Assembly: GCA_022709525.1 (NCBI GenBank)
Contig: JAKLIQ010000002.1
Location: 984-64,983 of the forward strand
Direction of reading: 5' to 3'
DNA: 64,000 nt
Source of the DNA: Candidatus Omnitrophota bacterium
GTDB lineage: Bacteria; Omnitrophota; Omnitrophia; Omnitrophales; Aquincolibacteriaceae
The notes beneath the pieces were generated by a model. The model was not told the DNA's origin. It was given only the letters and a program-made list of their open reading frames with translations, and searched no databases. Below, in pieces: positions 34,401-49,400 of the stretch. The translations under genes and the position numbers were made by a program. The stretch's first letter is position 1, and each line of letters starts with the position of its first letter.

Positions 34401-37400
34401 TCATCGGTATCTCGCTTTAGAGCAATGGGCTCTCCCCACAGTTTATGAAAAAGCCAAAATCCAAATCCCACAAGACTGAAAACGAGCATGCCTACAACCA
34501 AAACCGTCTGCGGTAACATAAAAGCAGGTGTATTTCCCTGTAAAACAGCTGAAAATAGCGGCGGAGCACCATCAGAAAGCATTTGTGAAGAACCTGCAAT
34601 GAACAACGAACCCTTAATGATTTTGGCCATTATGATGGCAAGGATATGCTGGGTGGTCCAATGATAAAAAACAAGCCCTGTGGCCCCCATAATTGCTACG
34701 CCAAGACCCCAAGTTAGCCATTGAGCCGCTCTTTGAGGCAAAAGATAGCCGCCTAAGAAATTTCCTAATGGCGCCAAGGCAAAACCGAGAATCAAAGTAC
34801 TTGCCAAAAGATACCAAGCGGTTGGAATATACAATGCTAAAAATGGAGCGGCAAAACCTATTACGGTTAACGTTAATAGGGAAAAAACCAACTGACTGCC
34901 ATGCAAACGGTAATCAAATAAAGAAAAACGTCCCTTTTCGGCCTTATCATGCTCAGCACTTAAATGTTTATTAATTCCAAACAGGCGATTCACAAAATCA
35001 ACAAGATTTGCTATCGGTTGATATATAAAACTCATGAAAAAAGCTGCGATGTAAAGTTTTATGGCAACCCAAGAACGCTTACCATAGCCTAAGCGATCAT
35101 AGGCAGTGCTTAGCTGCGAAGATTTGTAGGTTATAGTTCCATCAAATTGTTCTCCTAAGATATCTTTTTGAATCCATTGATTCTTCTCTGCCGCTTTGCC
35201 AATGTTTTGCACTATGATTCCTGAGTATAAACCTAGGGAGCTGATAACTATGCCTAGCAATAAACCGATCGTGCCACCCGCCATAGCAATAACAGGTACA
35301 GAAACAAACGAAAAACAGATTTTAGCACCTAAAATAAGCAGGAAAGCCAAAGAAACCGTAAGACCTCTACGCACATCTTCAAGTTTTACATACTGACGGG
35401 CAGCTTGTATTTCATCTTGTGAAAGTGCCGGATTCGCAGTAGCAACAGTACCATATTTATGAAAACGTCTTAGTACGATAAGATATTGAACAACCTCATA
35501 GATTCCCGTAACACGTGAGACCAAACTAAAACCCGTATATACTTTTTCAGCGATGCCAATGGGAACATCTTTAACAACCCACTTGACCGTGTCTAAGCCT
35601 CGCGTGATAAACCAGTCTCCAATTTTCAGAATAAACTTTGGCAACTTTCGTTCAACAGAGCTTGACAAGACCGGTTGTACTGGCCTATTCAAACGATTTA
35701 AAAGTGCTCCGACAAAAGTCATACCGCAAACAACAAAAAGCGTAATCGCAGTTTGGAACATAGCAGCATGAACACCCCCAAGCGCAAATAAACCAGCGAT
35801 AGTGGCTTGAGCTAATGCGATAATAAGCGTAACAGCCCAAAAATCTTTATTGAAAAGACCATGGATTTCAAAATCATTCAGGAATCTTCCGCCATGCGTC
35901 AGAGGAAAAGATTTGCCGATAAATCTCTCATATAACGCGATGATATCGTTAATAAATTTCCACTTACTCTCTTGCTCATCTTGCTTGACTAAATTCTTTG
36001 TTCTATCATCGATTCCCATCGCTTTTTCATCGGCTCGCTTCATCCGTACCGTCTTGCCCGCATAATTTGAAATCTGAATATTGGCAAGATCTTGCCAATA
36101 TTGAACCGGCATAACATCCAAGGCCTTACGACTAGCTGGGAACGGGCGTCCGAGAAACGTTAGATCGAGAACAAAATAGAAATAAATACCAAGTTGCAAT
36201 TGAAGCAGAATTTTTTTGAGACCAGTACTTGTCGTCGCTCTCTCTTGAATGCCTTTATAACTCTCAATTCGTGTGAGAAGCGTCGGCATATACTGTTTTA
36301 ATTTTTTAACATCATCCCACGTAGCGCTAACAATTTCATCTTCACCGTTAACTTTTGTTGGAATACCGTTTCCGGAATTCATCAACTGATCAAGCTGCTG
36401 TTGCGTCAAGTTACCCCCACGCTCTTTTAGCTCTTGCCCCAAAATCCTGAAAAGAATCCCCGAAAGAAGAATGGTTCGGGTATAGTAAGCTCCGTAAGGT
36501 AATCCTTTTTGCGGCTTGGACATTTCGGCTGACGATTCGGTTCTCGCAGTATATTTCCCACCGGCGCGATCGACGCCGGCAACTAGCGCATTTGCTTCCT
36601 GAAGCGAAGCATAGGATCGATGAGCAAAAACTCCGGACTCATAGTGAACCGTCGTTTTTGATTCACGATAGTCTTGTACGCCTTGTGCTAAGCCGATGTC
36701 TGGACGCAACATAAAGGCTTTCGCCTGATATCGGGTTGTTCCTGAAGTAACGTAATTGCCGCCATCGGCGGTTGTTGAAATAATGACTTTTGCTTTAAAT
36801 TTCCTTTCTTCGGCCGATCGTGTTTCGCTTCTTGTCGGTAAAAATTGACCTAATTGTGGCAGATTTCGTCTCACGGCTTCCCCATACGAAACAAAAGGTT
36901 CATCTTCTGTGGCAATGCCGGCAAAGAAAGGTTCGCTTGAAAACGGCAGGTAAAGCTCAAGAATATCTTTCGTTTCTCCGGACGCTATCATTTCAGCTTT
37001 TGCCTTTTCAGTGGCATATTTAGGCCCAACTAAGAAAATTTTCCCGCCAAGCTCCACAGGGTAGACAATGCCTTCGTCAGGATTGGAAAGCTCTCCTACG
37101 CGTTTGCCAGGAGTACCATCTTCGCCATAACCAGTGAACGCCCCCCATTTGATTACGTTATGTTCCGGTTTTCGACCACCCGGCAGATAAGCCAGGACAA
37201 CAATTTCGCTGCCTGGATGATAAACTCCTTTTTCATCGGTATAGGATAAAACACTCCAATATGGCTTCATGGCTCTTTGTAATTCGGCAAAAACACTCTC
37301 TAACAAAACGTTGCTATTATCGTCCATTGACATTTCGCGACGCTCTTGTTGCGTCCTCGCTTTCTGATATTTGGTAATTTCAGGACCGTTCACTAAAAGA

Positions 37401-40400
37401 ACGCTCCGTTTTTGCTTCAAAAGATTGCCAAGAACGTTGCGCGCGGCTGCTTTCACCGCATCAATCATATCATCTTCTACGCTGCTTATTTTAACCGGAC
37501 ACACATCGGCTACCAATTGGCCTTCTTCGGCAAATGGCACCCTTTCGCCGTTCAGCCCTGTTTGATAAACATGGTCATTGATATCAAAAATATTCAATTG
37601 ACGCCGCAAGCTCGCCTTTTCTTCGGTAACATCCACTCCACCTTGTTCTCTTTCGTAGATGCGATGTATTTCGTTATCAATTTTGTCGAGCTCACTTTCC
37701 TCAAGTTCAGGATGGCCGCCTTGCACCTGACTTACCTCCACAAGACCGCCCTGTCTATCGACGGAGGGCAAGGTAAGAATAACTAGGAGAACCATTGCTG
37801 CAATAGGAACCAATGCGATGGGATATGCCAAGAAAAACGTTCCAAAACCAGCGCTAAGACTTACATGCGCAAATAATTTAAATCCAACGATGGTAAGCGC
37901 GCCCATTGCAAATGCCTGGACTACGCCTTTCCAACGCGCTGGTGCGATAAACGTAGGCAAATAACTCAAATTGTCATACAAAATTTTATAAAGAAGAGCC
38001 ACGCTAAAAACCACCAAAGGGTTAAAAGCAACACTATAGGGTTGAATGGTTGCCAAAAATAAAAGTACGTTGGTCCATGACAAGCTACTCATTACAAATT
38101 TTGCCAAAGCAATACGAAAATCACCCAAGCGTCGTGCGTAGGCCGATTGCCTTTCTGCAGCATCTCTTTTATTGAACAGCGGATAGGGATCAATAAACAA
38201 GTAGCGGATAGCCCGAATTAAAAAGGCAATGGCCGCCAGTATAATTCCAAGAAGAAAGACGCGCTGAAATGGACGCGTTTTATTGTCAAACCGGAGTATT
38301 TTGGAAAGCCACGTCTTTTCACTTTCGCTGACAGGAGAATAATGATCGGCAAACTGAGTGTCAAGTCGGCGAGAAGCAGCGGCTAAACTCGAATTGCCAT
38401 AATCATCGAGCAGTAAAATACCCTGCTCGTCATAGTTGGGGAACAAAATATCAAGAACTCCGATACGTTTTGCAGGATCTGGATTCTGTAAATCTGCCAA
38501 AACAAGAAGTGTTAAAGGAGAAATGAGAGACGGCTTGGGAAGATCCTGCTGCTGAAAACCTTCATGCTGTCCTTGATAATAGTGGTTAATGAGTCGTTGA
38601 TAGTTTTGCATCAATCGGTCATTAAACTCGTAAAGATCCACGGGTTCCAGGCCGCCCTTACGCTTCATAAGAAATTGAATACGTTCTAACAGTTCTCGAA
38701 GCATCTTTTCTTTTAAGGTCGGATCGGCTTTCCATTTTTTATATAAAATGCCTTCTAGCGTGTCTTTACCTTCGAAAGCATTGCGAGCATATTGACGCGC
38801 ATCTTTACTTTGTGGAGTAACGCCTTCGGGCAAGAAGCTATAAGGGTTAACGGTGGATTTTTCACCAAAAATCCATCCCAGCGTATTCTGCATAACGGTT
38901 TGAATTTCGGGATTTTGCCATTCGGATGCCGGCACACTGGCCGCAATACCTAAATCCAGAAGACCATCTGCGGTATACAACATCCTAAAGAAATCAGGTC
39001 GACTGCCCGAATTTACTTTGTGGTGAGCCTGATAAAGCTCCCAAGCTAAATCAAACCAACTATCGACTTTTGCCTGATCAATGTCTTTATTAAAGGCATC
39101 GCTTGAAATCCTGGTAATTTCACTTTCCCGAGTCTTCGCGGTATCAAAAAGCGTAAAACTCTCACCGGCTTGTTCGCGAATCTGTTTTTCAATATTATTG
39201 AAATGATCGGAAACGCTTTTTTCCAAAACTTGAAGTTTTTCAAAAGCTTCTATTTCACGGTAAATAGCATCGAGCTTGTCAGCGCCCCCCGCTCTATCAA
39301 GAACCTGAAGCGCCCAATTATCAACCTTAGCGATTGTGCTAACGTCGCTTAAATCTAATTTAACGTTTTGGATCTTTTCTATAGCCGCCACAATATGGGG
39401 ACGAATATAACCTCGCAACAAAACAACTTCGCCAGCAGAATAACCCTGGCTTAGCATTTGATCGGCAAACATCTTGATTTGACGCAAATCTAGTTTAATC
39501 GGATTCCCTTTAAACAATGTCATCTGATTTAATGCTTCGATGGCAGCTTTAATTTCAGCAATTTTCTCCTTGTGAATCGCGGCATAGTCAACTTCGCCTT
39601 GAGTAAGACGTTTACTAATCTCGTCTAAGCGCTGTTCTCTTGCGCCGCGAAGAGCTTTTCGGTTTTTTGCAATTTCAACATCACGAGCTGCCAATTGCCC
39701 AGATTCAAACTTTTCTTTGCGTGCTTTTTCTGCTAAATATGTTTTTATATAGTTATTGGCCCATTGCTCAATGAAATGAGACATGTCAGCATCGACATCT
39801 TTATGCCGGGCACTTAGCTTTTCGGGGGTGCTGATATTATAAAAAGTCGTTTGCAGAAAAATCTCATAGGCTCGTCGCATTTCGATCATGAATTCATAAC
39901 GCGCCGCTGAAGTCTCAGCAAAGCTGAGCCCGGCTCCTTTCATCATGACATCGATTTGACTAAATTTTTCTGCCCACCAAAGTGACTGTAAAGGTTTGCG
40001 GTGATCACTCGCAGGCAGTTCGTCAACGGGAAGGTCTTGTTGAAAGATTAGTTTATACATTTTACGAATAGCTCGCAAATCATCGAGATTGACGGTTTCG
40101 CCACTTTTAGGAAAAACACCTTCGCCGAGACCGCGGAGATCCGCATCAAAGAAAAGACTTGTTCTAAATTCCCGCTCTAGAATTTTGCCAAGGGTAGGAT
40201 GAATGACGGGTTCACCCTTCCGTGCATATTTTATAAAACCATCGAGCGTTTCGTAAGGAACAAAATAGTCGTGATTTTTATAAATCAATGCTTCAATTAA
40301 CGCGGCGTCTTGAACCCAATAATAAACCATCTGAAGAACGCCTTCTGGAGTCTTCGGCGCATATTGGTAATCCCACTGTTGCATTTCGAGTAAACGAGAT

Positions 40401-43400
40401 AACATGCCAATAATTTTGTCGCGAGGCATCTGAAAGCTATTTTGTGTTGCCCAATCTTTATCCCGAGGAATTCCGAGTCGAGTCAATTCATTCGACAACA
40501 GCTGAGGATAATCCACGGCAATTTCCTGATAGGGATTATTTTTGAGCTTTTTTCCTTCGAGAGCAGCGGAAAATAATCCATCGAGTTTTAGAAGTTGTGC
40601 GTAAAATTCGCGGGCAGTTTTTCCGTCTTTTTGTTCTTTTGAAAAACCCTCACGGATCATAACGATTCTTGAATAAGCTGCCAAATCACCTGTTTGTAAG
40701 CGTTTAGGCATCCCATCATCACCAACGTGGTACAACATATGTGCCGCTTGTAAATACATTTCGATTTGTGTACGCTGCAAAATATCGTTAAGGGTTACTT
40801 CGGCATTCGTTGCAGAAATCTCACGATTACGAATAAGCTCGGCAAGCCATGCTTTGGCCTGATCCTCACTGTACATGTCGGCTTTTAGGCCCGGTATTCC
40901 ATCGGTTCCTTCTATAAAATTGCGAATTCGTTTCGCCTCACCAAGACTCATCCAAAATGGTTTTTCGCTGGGATTAGAAAGATAGCCGTCCAATTCTCTG
41001 ATAAGGTTCTCTCCTGCCGTGTTGCGGGAATCTAAAACAAAACGAACCCAACGATAATATTGTTCTGCGGTAAGCCCAGGTAACTTTGTTTTAAGTTCTT
41101 GTAAAACCTCATCTTCATATTTAAGGTCTTCGCGCTTAACCAAAATGTTATTGTTTTTAGCTGCTTGATAGATTGTTTCCCGTCGTGTCAAAATTTGTTT
41201 TATTTCATCAAGAACTTGTTGCTGAGCCTTAGCTTCGGTCTTAGGCACCTCTTTCCCAAGCTCTCCTTTTTTCATACTCAACGCCAATTCACGAGCTAAT
41301 GCAATAACATCGCCTTGCCGTGTTCGCAAATCTTTTGAGGTATAAAGACGGCTTCGGTCAGTGTTAATTAAATATTCATTAATCCGCTTTACACCTTCAT
41401 TAGAAAGAATATTGTGAAAGAGCATGTGGATGAGAGGTAAATCAACAGCATTTCCTTCTTTATCAAAAAATTCAGCCCATGTGTTGTCCTCTAAACCCAC
41501 TTCACGGGCAATGGCAATTAACCTCCCAATTCTATTTTCGGGGTCTTCATTTAAATTCCACTTAATAGATTCATTAATTTTAAAAGCTATTTTTAGAAGC
41601 TGCTCGGTTTTTACCAGTCGTTCTAAAACATCAACTCTCATCCATTCTTCACGTTCCTCTACTTCATAGGAAGCATACCCGGAACCATAAAGAATGGTCG
41701 GCAAAATACCCATGGCGCGGCCGATTTCGACACCGATGCGGACTTCTTCGATATTTTCCGCGTAACGGGTTTCGAGCTCCGCTCGATAACTTTTCTTAAA
41801 GTAATCGTGTACCGTTTTGTCTAGAGCAAGGCGTTCCTCCGGCGAGGCTTTTTGATAATTCTCGCGAAGACTTTTTCCCTCGCCGGATTGAAAGAATAGC
41901 GGATAGTGTTTGAGAAGGTCTTCCGCAGACATCGTATCAAAGGAACCGTTCAGTTCGCCGCTATCAAAACGCTTCAGGAGGAGTTTTGCTTGACGCGCAA
42001 TGTAAGCGCCGGGATATTTAAGAATTTCGTCGTCTGTTAAAGGCGTGTAGTCCTTCATGGCATTCCGAAGACGAGCGATGATGTAACCGATCAAAGGCCA
42101 CTGTTCGGCCGGGGCTCCGACGCCGCGCAAGGCGGCGATGGTCGCCTGAATATTAGCTTCTTCTTTGCGCTGAGTGGCATTGGATTGATAAGGAGTAAGA
42201 GTTCCATTCTTATCAACCGTCCCGCGAAAATAGGAGTAAGCGAGTTGGCCCATAAAATAATCAGGGTCGCGATCGCCCTTGCTGATATTGGCATCAAAAA
42301 TCGAGCCCCATGTTTTATTTAAATTAAACGTAGGAAGCATAAGCTCCACTTTTCCACGGAAAGAGTCATCTTTGAGGGCTTCTTCTACCGTTTTCCCATA
42401 CCGCTTCGCATAAAAAGCCCAAGCAAAAATAGTTCCAAATTCATTGGGGCTGTTGATGCTATACGGCAGGAAATCTTTCCGATAAAATTGATCTAAACTT
42501 TCTTTCGCATCTTTTAAGGACGCCGCGAGTTCCCTGACCCATTGCTGGGCATCTTCGCGGGTCAAAAGATTTAAAGTTGTTCTCATGCTTGTTTGGTTAT
42601 AAATACGATTTGCAAATTGCGTTTGATAATCCCAAAAACCTACCCTTTCAAAATCAAATCCCTTTTTCCCTTTTGCCGGATCTCCCGATACCAAAGCATC
42701 CTGAACGTCAGCCGGAGCCGCATACGAAGTCCTCCACGGTATTCCCCAAGAGCGGTCGAGCGTTTCGCCTGGATTCAGCAATCCAGCGGTAATATTTTTT
42801 TCATCATCAAACTTCAAACCCGCAACTAAGGGCTGGGTATTCGTTTCTGAAAATTGTCCGTTTGCGGTTGTAAAGCGCTTAAAACGATCCCCCACGCGAC
42901 CTATCACATTGCCTACCACGTTTTGCAGATAAGGATCCGATGGCATATTCAAAGCGTTCATTAAAAGCACCGCATCATCCGCCAAATCTGGATAAAGCAA
43001 GCGGCTTCCGTCAATTTGTTCCACCGTATGGGTAAACTTCATACGACTAAATTCCGAAAGCGAGACTTGTTCGGGGGCACTGACAGCCGGCTTAGCGGGT
43101 TCTGCCGGCAAAGAACCTGCAAATTCTTCTTCCAGTGGAGTTACCGCTTTTTGAGTGGCCGACACAGCTTCTCTGCTGAGTTTGTGTTGCTGTTCAAACC
43201 GCGCTAACTGCATTACGACCGAAAGATGCGTTCGGTAGGCAAAGTGAAACGCCAAATTCGCGCTCTGCACTTGATAGGTCAATGACGCAATGGAATCAAG
43301 ACCTTCGTTATCTGTGGCTTGATTTTCTTTGACGGCTTTTTGCCATGCCTGAGTAAGCATTGTAACCGATTCCTGTCGGTTAAGAGCTTCTTGGGCCGTA

Positions 43401-46400
43401 GTCCCAAAACTATCCAAAAGCTCCAAATATTGCCGCTCGAGCGAATGCCTTTGTTTGAGTCCTTGGAATTGAATTCTTGCTTGTTCGAGTTTTTTAGTTT
43501 CCCAGTCTTCGCGAAAATTGCCGCCCCAAACCCGTAAGTCTTTCCCGATTGTCAAGTCATCCTGATCATCGATAACACCTGCGCGAACCCAGAAAGTTGA
43601 AAGCTGCGATAATATTTCTAAACGCTCAACGCCCGCTATCTCCAGGGCGGATTGATATTGTTTCATGACGGGACTATTCTTGAAAAACTCTTCCCAATCC
43701 ATCCCCGGCAAGAGTTCGTCCGTAAAGGACAGAGTCTCCTTAGAAAGGGTGTCGCTTTCTACGCCTTTTGAAAGTTCAAAAATGTAGACCGAAGCGTCAC
43801 GAATCCCCATAACAGTAAGGAGCTGCATTTTGGCGCGATTAAGAGCTTCTTCGGCTTCGAGTTCGGCAAGGGCGCGGTTACGAACAATTTGACTGACTTC
43901 AAAATCTTCCAGATTCGTAAGAGTATTTAACCTCTGGGCGCTTTTCATCAATTGTTTGAGATTTGCCACTTGCGCTTGCTCCATCGGCGTCAGAGCTTCC
44001 GTCACGATTCTTTCAGTTTCATAATCAAAAAGAGCCTGATTCAAATTTCCGAGTTGACTCTCTAAAGCAATTTGAGCCTTTTCACCGGCATTTTTGAGAA
44101 CGATACGGTATTTTCTTCCTTGCAAGTTTAGGAGAGTTTCTACGGGATTAACATCTGCAACAATAGCGTTGTCATAGGGGGCGCGTTCTTCTTCAAAAGC
44201 CTCTAAGGAAGAAAGGGGGTTGACGGGGTTGTCTAAAAAACCCCGTATTTCAATGCCGGACCACCGATGAGTTTTTTCTCGGGCTTCGAACGCTTTTAAT
44301 TCTTTTTCCAAAAAGGCAACTTGCACGGCCGGATGTTCACGAGCCATTTGATCGAGCGTTTTTCTGTCATCTACCTTCTTAGCGGCCTCCTGACGAATTA
44401 ATTCATAATCAAAAACCATATGGGCGCGCAGCTGAGCTTCGGTCATCGTGCGATCGGTCTCTAATTTTTTCAATTTTTCGTTTAATTCAAATCGAATCAC
44501 TTTGTAGCGATCGATCGTGGTTTCATCCCGATCAAAAATCCGGTTGGCATCCTGCTCCAATTCTCCAACTTGAATGCGTCCTTCAATATTGACACCCCAT
44601 TGCTCAACGGCATCGCAAAGATTTCTGATGTGCTTTTCCTCTTCTACCAAGAAAGAGAAATGATCGACCAACGGGGACGCTTCACGCTCCAAACGATTCA
44701 AATCCGAGTCCTGCCATATGGCAAGATTTTGAGAATCCGTCGAGAGTCGTTCAATTTCATCTAAAATATTATAGACGCGTCTTGTCAAAACCTGCGCTGC
44801 GGGTTTCCCGATTTTTGACCAATTCAGGAATCGATTGGCGCCGTAGGCAATACCATTAAAGAAAGGGATTACCGGGGACAATTTATTCTTAAGGCCATAG
44901 CCGACTTGAAGACCGCCTTCCCATTTCCACAATTTTAAAATTTTAATATAAGATTGCTGCCTCCACTGAGCGGCAAACCGGCTTAATATCGCCTTCAATT
45001 CGGGCGCATCTGACGCGGCCGCAATAGCATTTCGAGAATTTTCAAATTCTTCGTGCAGAAATAGCTCTCCATGATATTCAAGAAATTTGCTTCTCAAGTA
45101 ATCATTTTGCGCACGAAGCGCCGTAAAGAACGACTGACCCAAACGAGTAAGGCGGGCACCTTTTGAAAGGTTCTCATTTTGAGCCTGTTTTAACCAGTCG
45201 CGGGCCTCGACAAGTTGCGCTTTTACACTTTTAAGTTCCTTTTTCTCGAGCTCACGAATATCTCGGCTTACAAAATGCCGGCTCCACCAACTATCAAGAC
45301 CCTTTTCGGCTTTATCAAATTTATCGATAAGATTATCGAGGGATCTTTGAAATGCTTGGAGCTTTTGAAGATCGATATTCCCTTCTGCATCCAGCAAGCG
45401 CGCAAAAGGGTCCAGGGGCGCCGCTCTGAGCGCTTCGTCGGATTCCCACAGAGGCACACGGTAAAGCGGAACCGGCTGCTGCGCTTCTTCTTCAGGCGTG
45501 AGCACTTTTTTCGGGGGCAGGGGCATGCCTTTAGCGTCATCATAAGCTTCTTTAATCGACCGGTGAGTCCCGAGCGTGAGAGACTTCCACTCCAGCATTG
45601 TTTTGGCAATTAAATACTCGAGTCCCTTAATTTTAATATCCATTTCCTTAATCGATTCATCCGCTGAAGCAAGTTCGATTTCGTAATGGTAGTAAGGAGC
45701 ATTTCCTTTAGTGTCTGCTTTCTCTTCCTCGAGTTTGGCAAGAATTCCCTCTCGTATTACTTTTTTGGTATCCCGATTGTCCTGAGCGTTTTTCAGTTGT
45801 CCCACCAACATCTGAATAACATTTTGATAGGTTTCGATGTTATGAATGAGAGCGAGTTTTCTGTATTCGTACTGGCGTTCCGCTTCTTCGCGGCTGAAGG
45901 CTTGTTCAGCACCATAAGCTCCCGAAAAATAGGCGGGATTAAAAAGCGTTGCGCGCAGATAGATTGACAGATTCCATTCCCAATCCTGCCAATCGTAGTC
46001 TTCAAAAATTGAATTCAAGTTATCGGATGAGACATTGCCGTAGCTGATACCGTAACCCGCGCGCAAGCCAACGCGCAATACTTCGGGAACGTGATAACGC
46101 ACATCTGTAACGCCAGCCTCTTGCTGGCCCAAAGTAAGTTGTGAGGTGCTACCTTCCGCTACAATTGAGGCTAAATTTTCAAAGGTCTTACGTTCCGCGA
46201 GAATCGGAGCGATCGCTTTTGCTTCTTCAACTTGAGCCAAAACGTCAGTTTTAAGAAAAGCGTCTTCAGAAACGTAAGCTTTTTCCAGAGCTTGTTTAAA
46301 AATTTCAAAGCGCTCCTTATTTTTATCTTTCCGGTCTTCAAGCTCCTTAAGAATTTTGGATTTCACTTCATCGAGCGTCTTTAACTGAAGTTCCATGCGT

Positions 46401-49400
46401 AAAATAGCGAGCTCCGTTCTTTCGATGTTTTGCTCCAGGCGCCCTCTTTTTTCAAGGGCCGCAAGATATTCCATGGCTTCTTTTGGCATGATGCCTTTTT
46501 CGTCCGGAGTCTTACGATAGCGAAGCAGGGCCACAACCTCGGGATTTTTTTCAAGTTTTGTAATCGTGCTATTGACTAGCGCCAGCTGATCGCGAAAATC
46601 TGTCAAGCTTTCTTTCTTATTTGCATAGTCTAGAGTCATGAGTTGTTGCAAGTCCCAAAATTCACGGATCCGCTGCGCAACCTGTTGAGCTAAAAACTCG
46701 AATTTTGCGTCATCGACCTGTGCGTCAAAGAGGTTGGTTGATTTCCAACCGGCATCCGCCTGAAGGACATGGACGGTAAAAGGAGACCCGATGGTATAGT
46801 ATTCAGCGATCATCAAAACGTCGGCGCTCATGGCGGGGGTGGCCACACTTACGTCGGCTGCGGGTCGCTTCTGCGCGGCTCCTTTTTCCAACTGGGTTAA
46901 AATTTCGCTTAAGGCGATGTCAATAAATTCGTCATTAATGCCCAATCTTTCCGCATGACCACGAAGTGAATCCAGCGTAATGACTTCAAGCGGCGTCGTA
47001 AAAGCAGCGATTTGAGACCGGCCCAAGCTTTCTTTAATCCTTCTAATATAATCCCGTTGTTCTTTCTCCAAATTGCCGCGATCCGCTACCGCGGAAGCGA
47101 TTTTAGCTTCAAAAATCCGAATGATTCCAAGGTCATCTTCAACGCCTTCGAGGTTCGTCCAAAACTTGACGGCGTTTTGAAGATCCGCAATCCGAGCGTT
47201 TATAATCTTTATTTCGGCATTGAGACGCCCTAATTGCCCGTAATAACCGAGAACTTCGCCCATAGCGGAATTTTGAAACGCCTTAAAAGCTAATTTGGCT
47301 AACTTTTCCTCAGCGCCGAACTGACCTTCAAGCCACGAGCGGATTGAATTGTAAACTTCAAACCGCAAAGAAAGCTCGAGGCTCTTATCGCGCTCTTCAT
47401 AAAGCTCTTCCACATTCAAATCCGGATCCAAATCCACCTTGGCGTAATATTCCACAAGCCAGTTATCGCTGGGATTATTGACGGGATCGAGAGGATGGTC
47501 TCGTTGCAGTTTTTTATCGATCAGTTCACGGTGTTTCCCCAGAGCTTCCATAATCTCTGAAAGTGAAGCGCCGCTAAAATCATTTTTGATTTTGTCGTAT
47601 TGCGCCGCGTAATAAGACGCCCAATAAAAAGCCTGTTGATACGCTGGATTGGTTGCAACCTCAGCGGGACTAACAGGAGACATCTCAACTGCCTTCCAAA
47701 AACCAGGACTAGTGAGAATTTCCTGCAAGCGTTGTTCTAAAACCCCGGCCGTTATTGGAGGAGTGTCCGGTAAATTAATCACGGTATCATCACTGATAGA
47801 ATTCACACCGCTCAGGATCCATCTCCCTGTAGAGGAGGGATCTTTCGCGCCGGTGGGCACAATGTCTGGGCCGTGCTCTTCATAGGCGGGGGTCCCCTCT
47901 TCAGGGTGAGTAGTTGTGGCCACAAGATCAACTCCCTCATCCTGGCCTGTCTCTGTATTAACAAGACTGATCGCTTCAGCATCCCCGGGAACCGGTTCGC
48001 CCGTGGTGTCCGTTCCCTCGAGCGCAGCTGTAGAAGGAGCTCCGGCTTGAGCGTAAGTAGGAGAGCCCAGCTGAATACTGCCATCTGGTCCTGCATACCA
48101 TGCATACGGAAAATTGATCGATTGTGATGTTGTCGTCGTGGTTTTATCCTGCGTAATGATTTTCTCGCGTGTGAAAATGCTCCAGGAACCCTTAAGATCC
48201 GCCTGGAACCATCGGCGATAGAGCTGAAAAGCCCGCATATGCGCCATCGCCATTTCGTAAGTTTTTAAAGCGATCAGAACATCCAGATTCTGATTTTTTG
48301 CTTCTTCTAAAGCATCGCCGATATCTTCCGGAACCGGCAAAAACTCAACCGCAAAAGGACTTTTACTTGTCATTTCCGCGGCACCACCCATCAAACCTGA
48401 CGTCGCCGTTGCTCCGGCTACTTCTTTCTTAGCGGTAGTTTCTTCTTTTCTCTTCTCAAGGAAAATGCCCGGAGTCCCACTTGGAGGAGGAACCGTAGGC
48501 GGCAATATATCTGAACCTCCAGGACCGCCACCAGGACCAGTAGGGCCGGGACCACCTCCGCCTCCACCCGGACCCGTCGGTGGCAATGTAGGCTCACCAG
48601 GAATTTCGGGCTTTATCGGTGTTTTCTCAGGAATTTGGGTCGGCGTTGCTTCGGCGACTTGAGCTTGAGTAACTGCTTGACTTGCTTGAGACGACGCGTT
48701 TACAGCTGCCGGCGTGACTGTTGTCGTCGCTATGGGGAGAGCTGCTACGGCAGATGCGACTCTTTGCGCAAGAATTTGCAACATAGGGAGCGTTGTCGCC
48801 TGACGGACCGCGCTCTCAAGTTCGATCCGATTCGTAGATACTTGCGGCAAATTCCCTTGTATTTCTTCTAATAGTTCGATACGTTTTGCTTCTACTTCTT
48901 TGGAAATAGACGGCGTAGCTCCAGTCGCCTGATAAAAAGCACCGGCCTTGGCGGTTAGGGCAGCGATGAAAGCTTCCCTTTCAGCCTCATCCATTTGTTC
49001 GATTTGTTCAGGCGTTGTCGTGCCGAGGAGCGCGGCCAAATCTTCACCCAACTCGCGCTGCCTCACCAAAGTCTCCGCATCAACAGAGCGCATAACTTCA
49101 GGTGCGGCTTGAGCGCTTTGGGCGCCAAGCGACATGAACATACTAACCCCACCCAGGGCTCCAACCCATTTCAGTAAATCTTTTCCGCCAAAGGTATGGA
49201 TTGCAGCCGCTTTGTTTTTGCGGGCAGCATAAAAAGCATTTACAGCTAGAAAAGCAATAAGAACTCCCCCTGCCATTCCTAAAATCGGCAAGGCGGGTGC
49301 GAGGGTCATCATGACTTGAAGAGAAGTCGTAACCCATGCCCCGGAAATTCCTACCTTAAAAACTAAGCCAACCACAGGAGCGACAAAAATAGCAATCGCG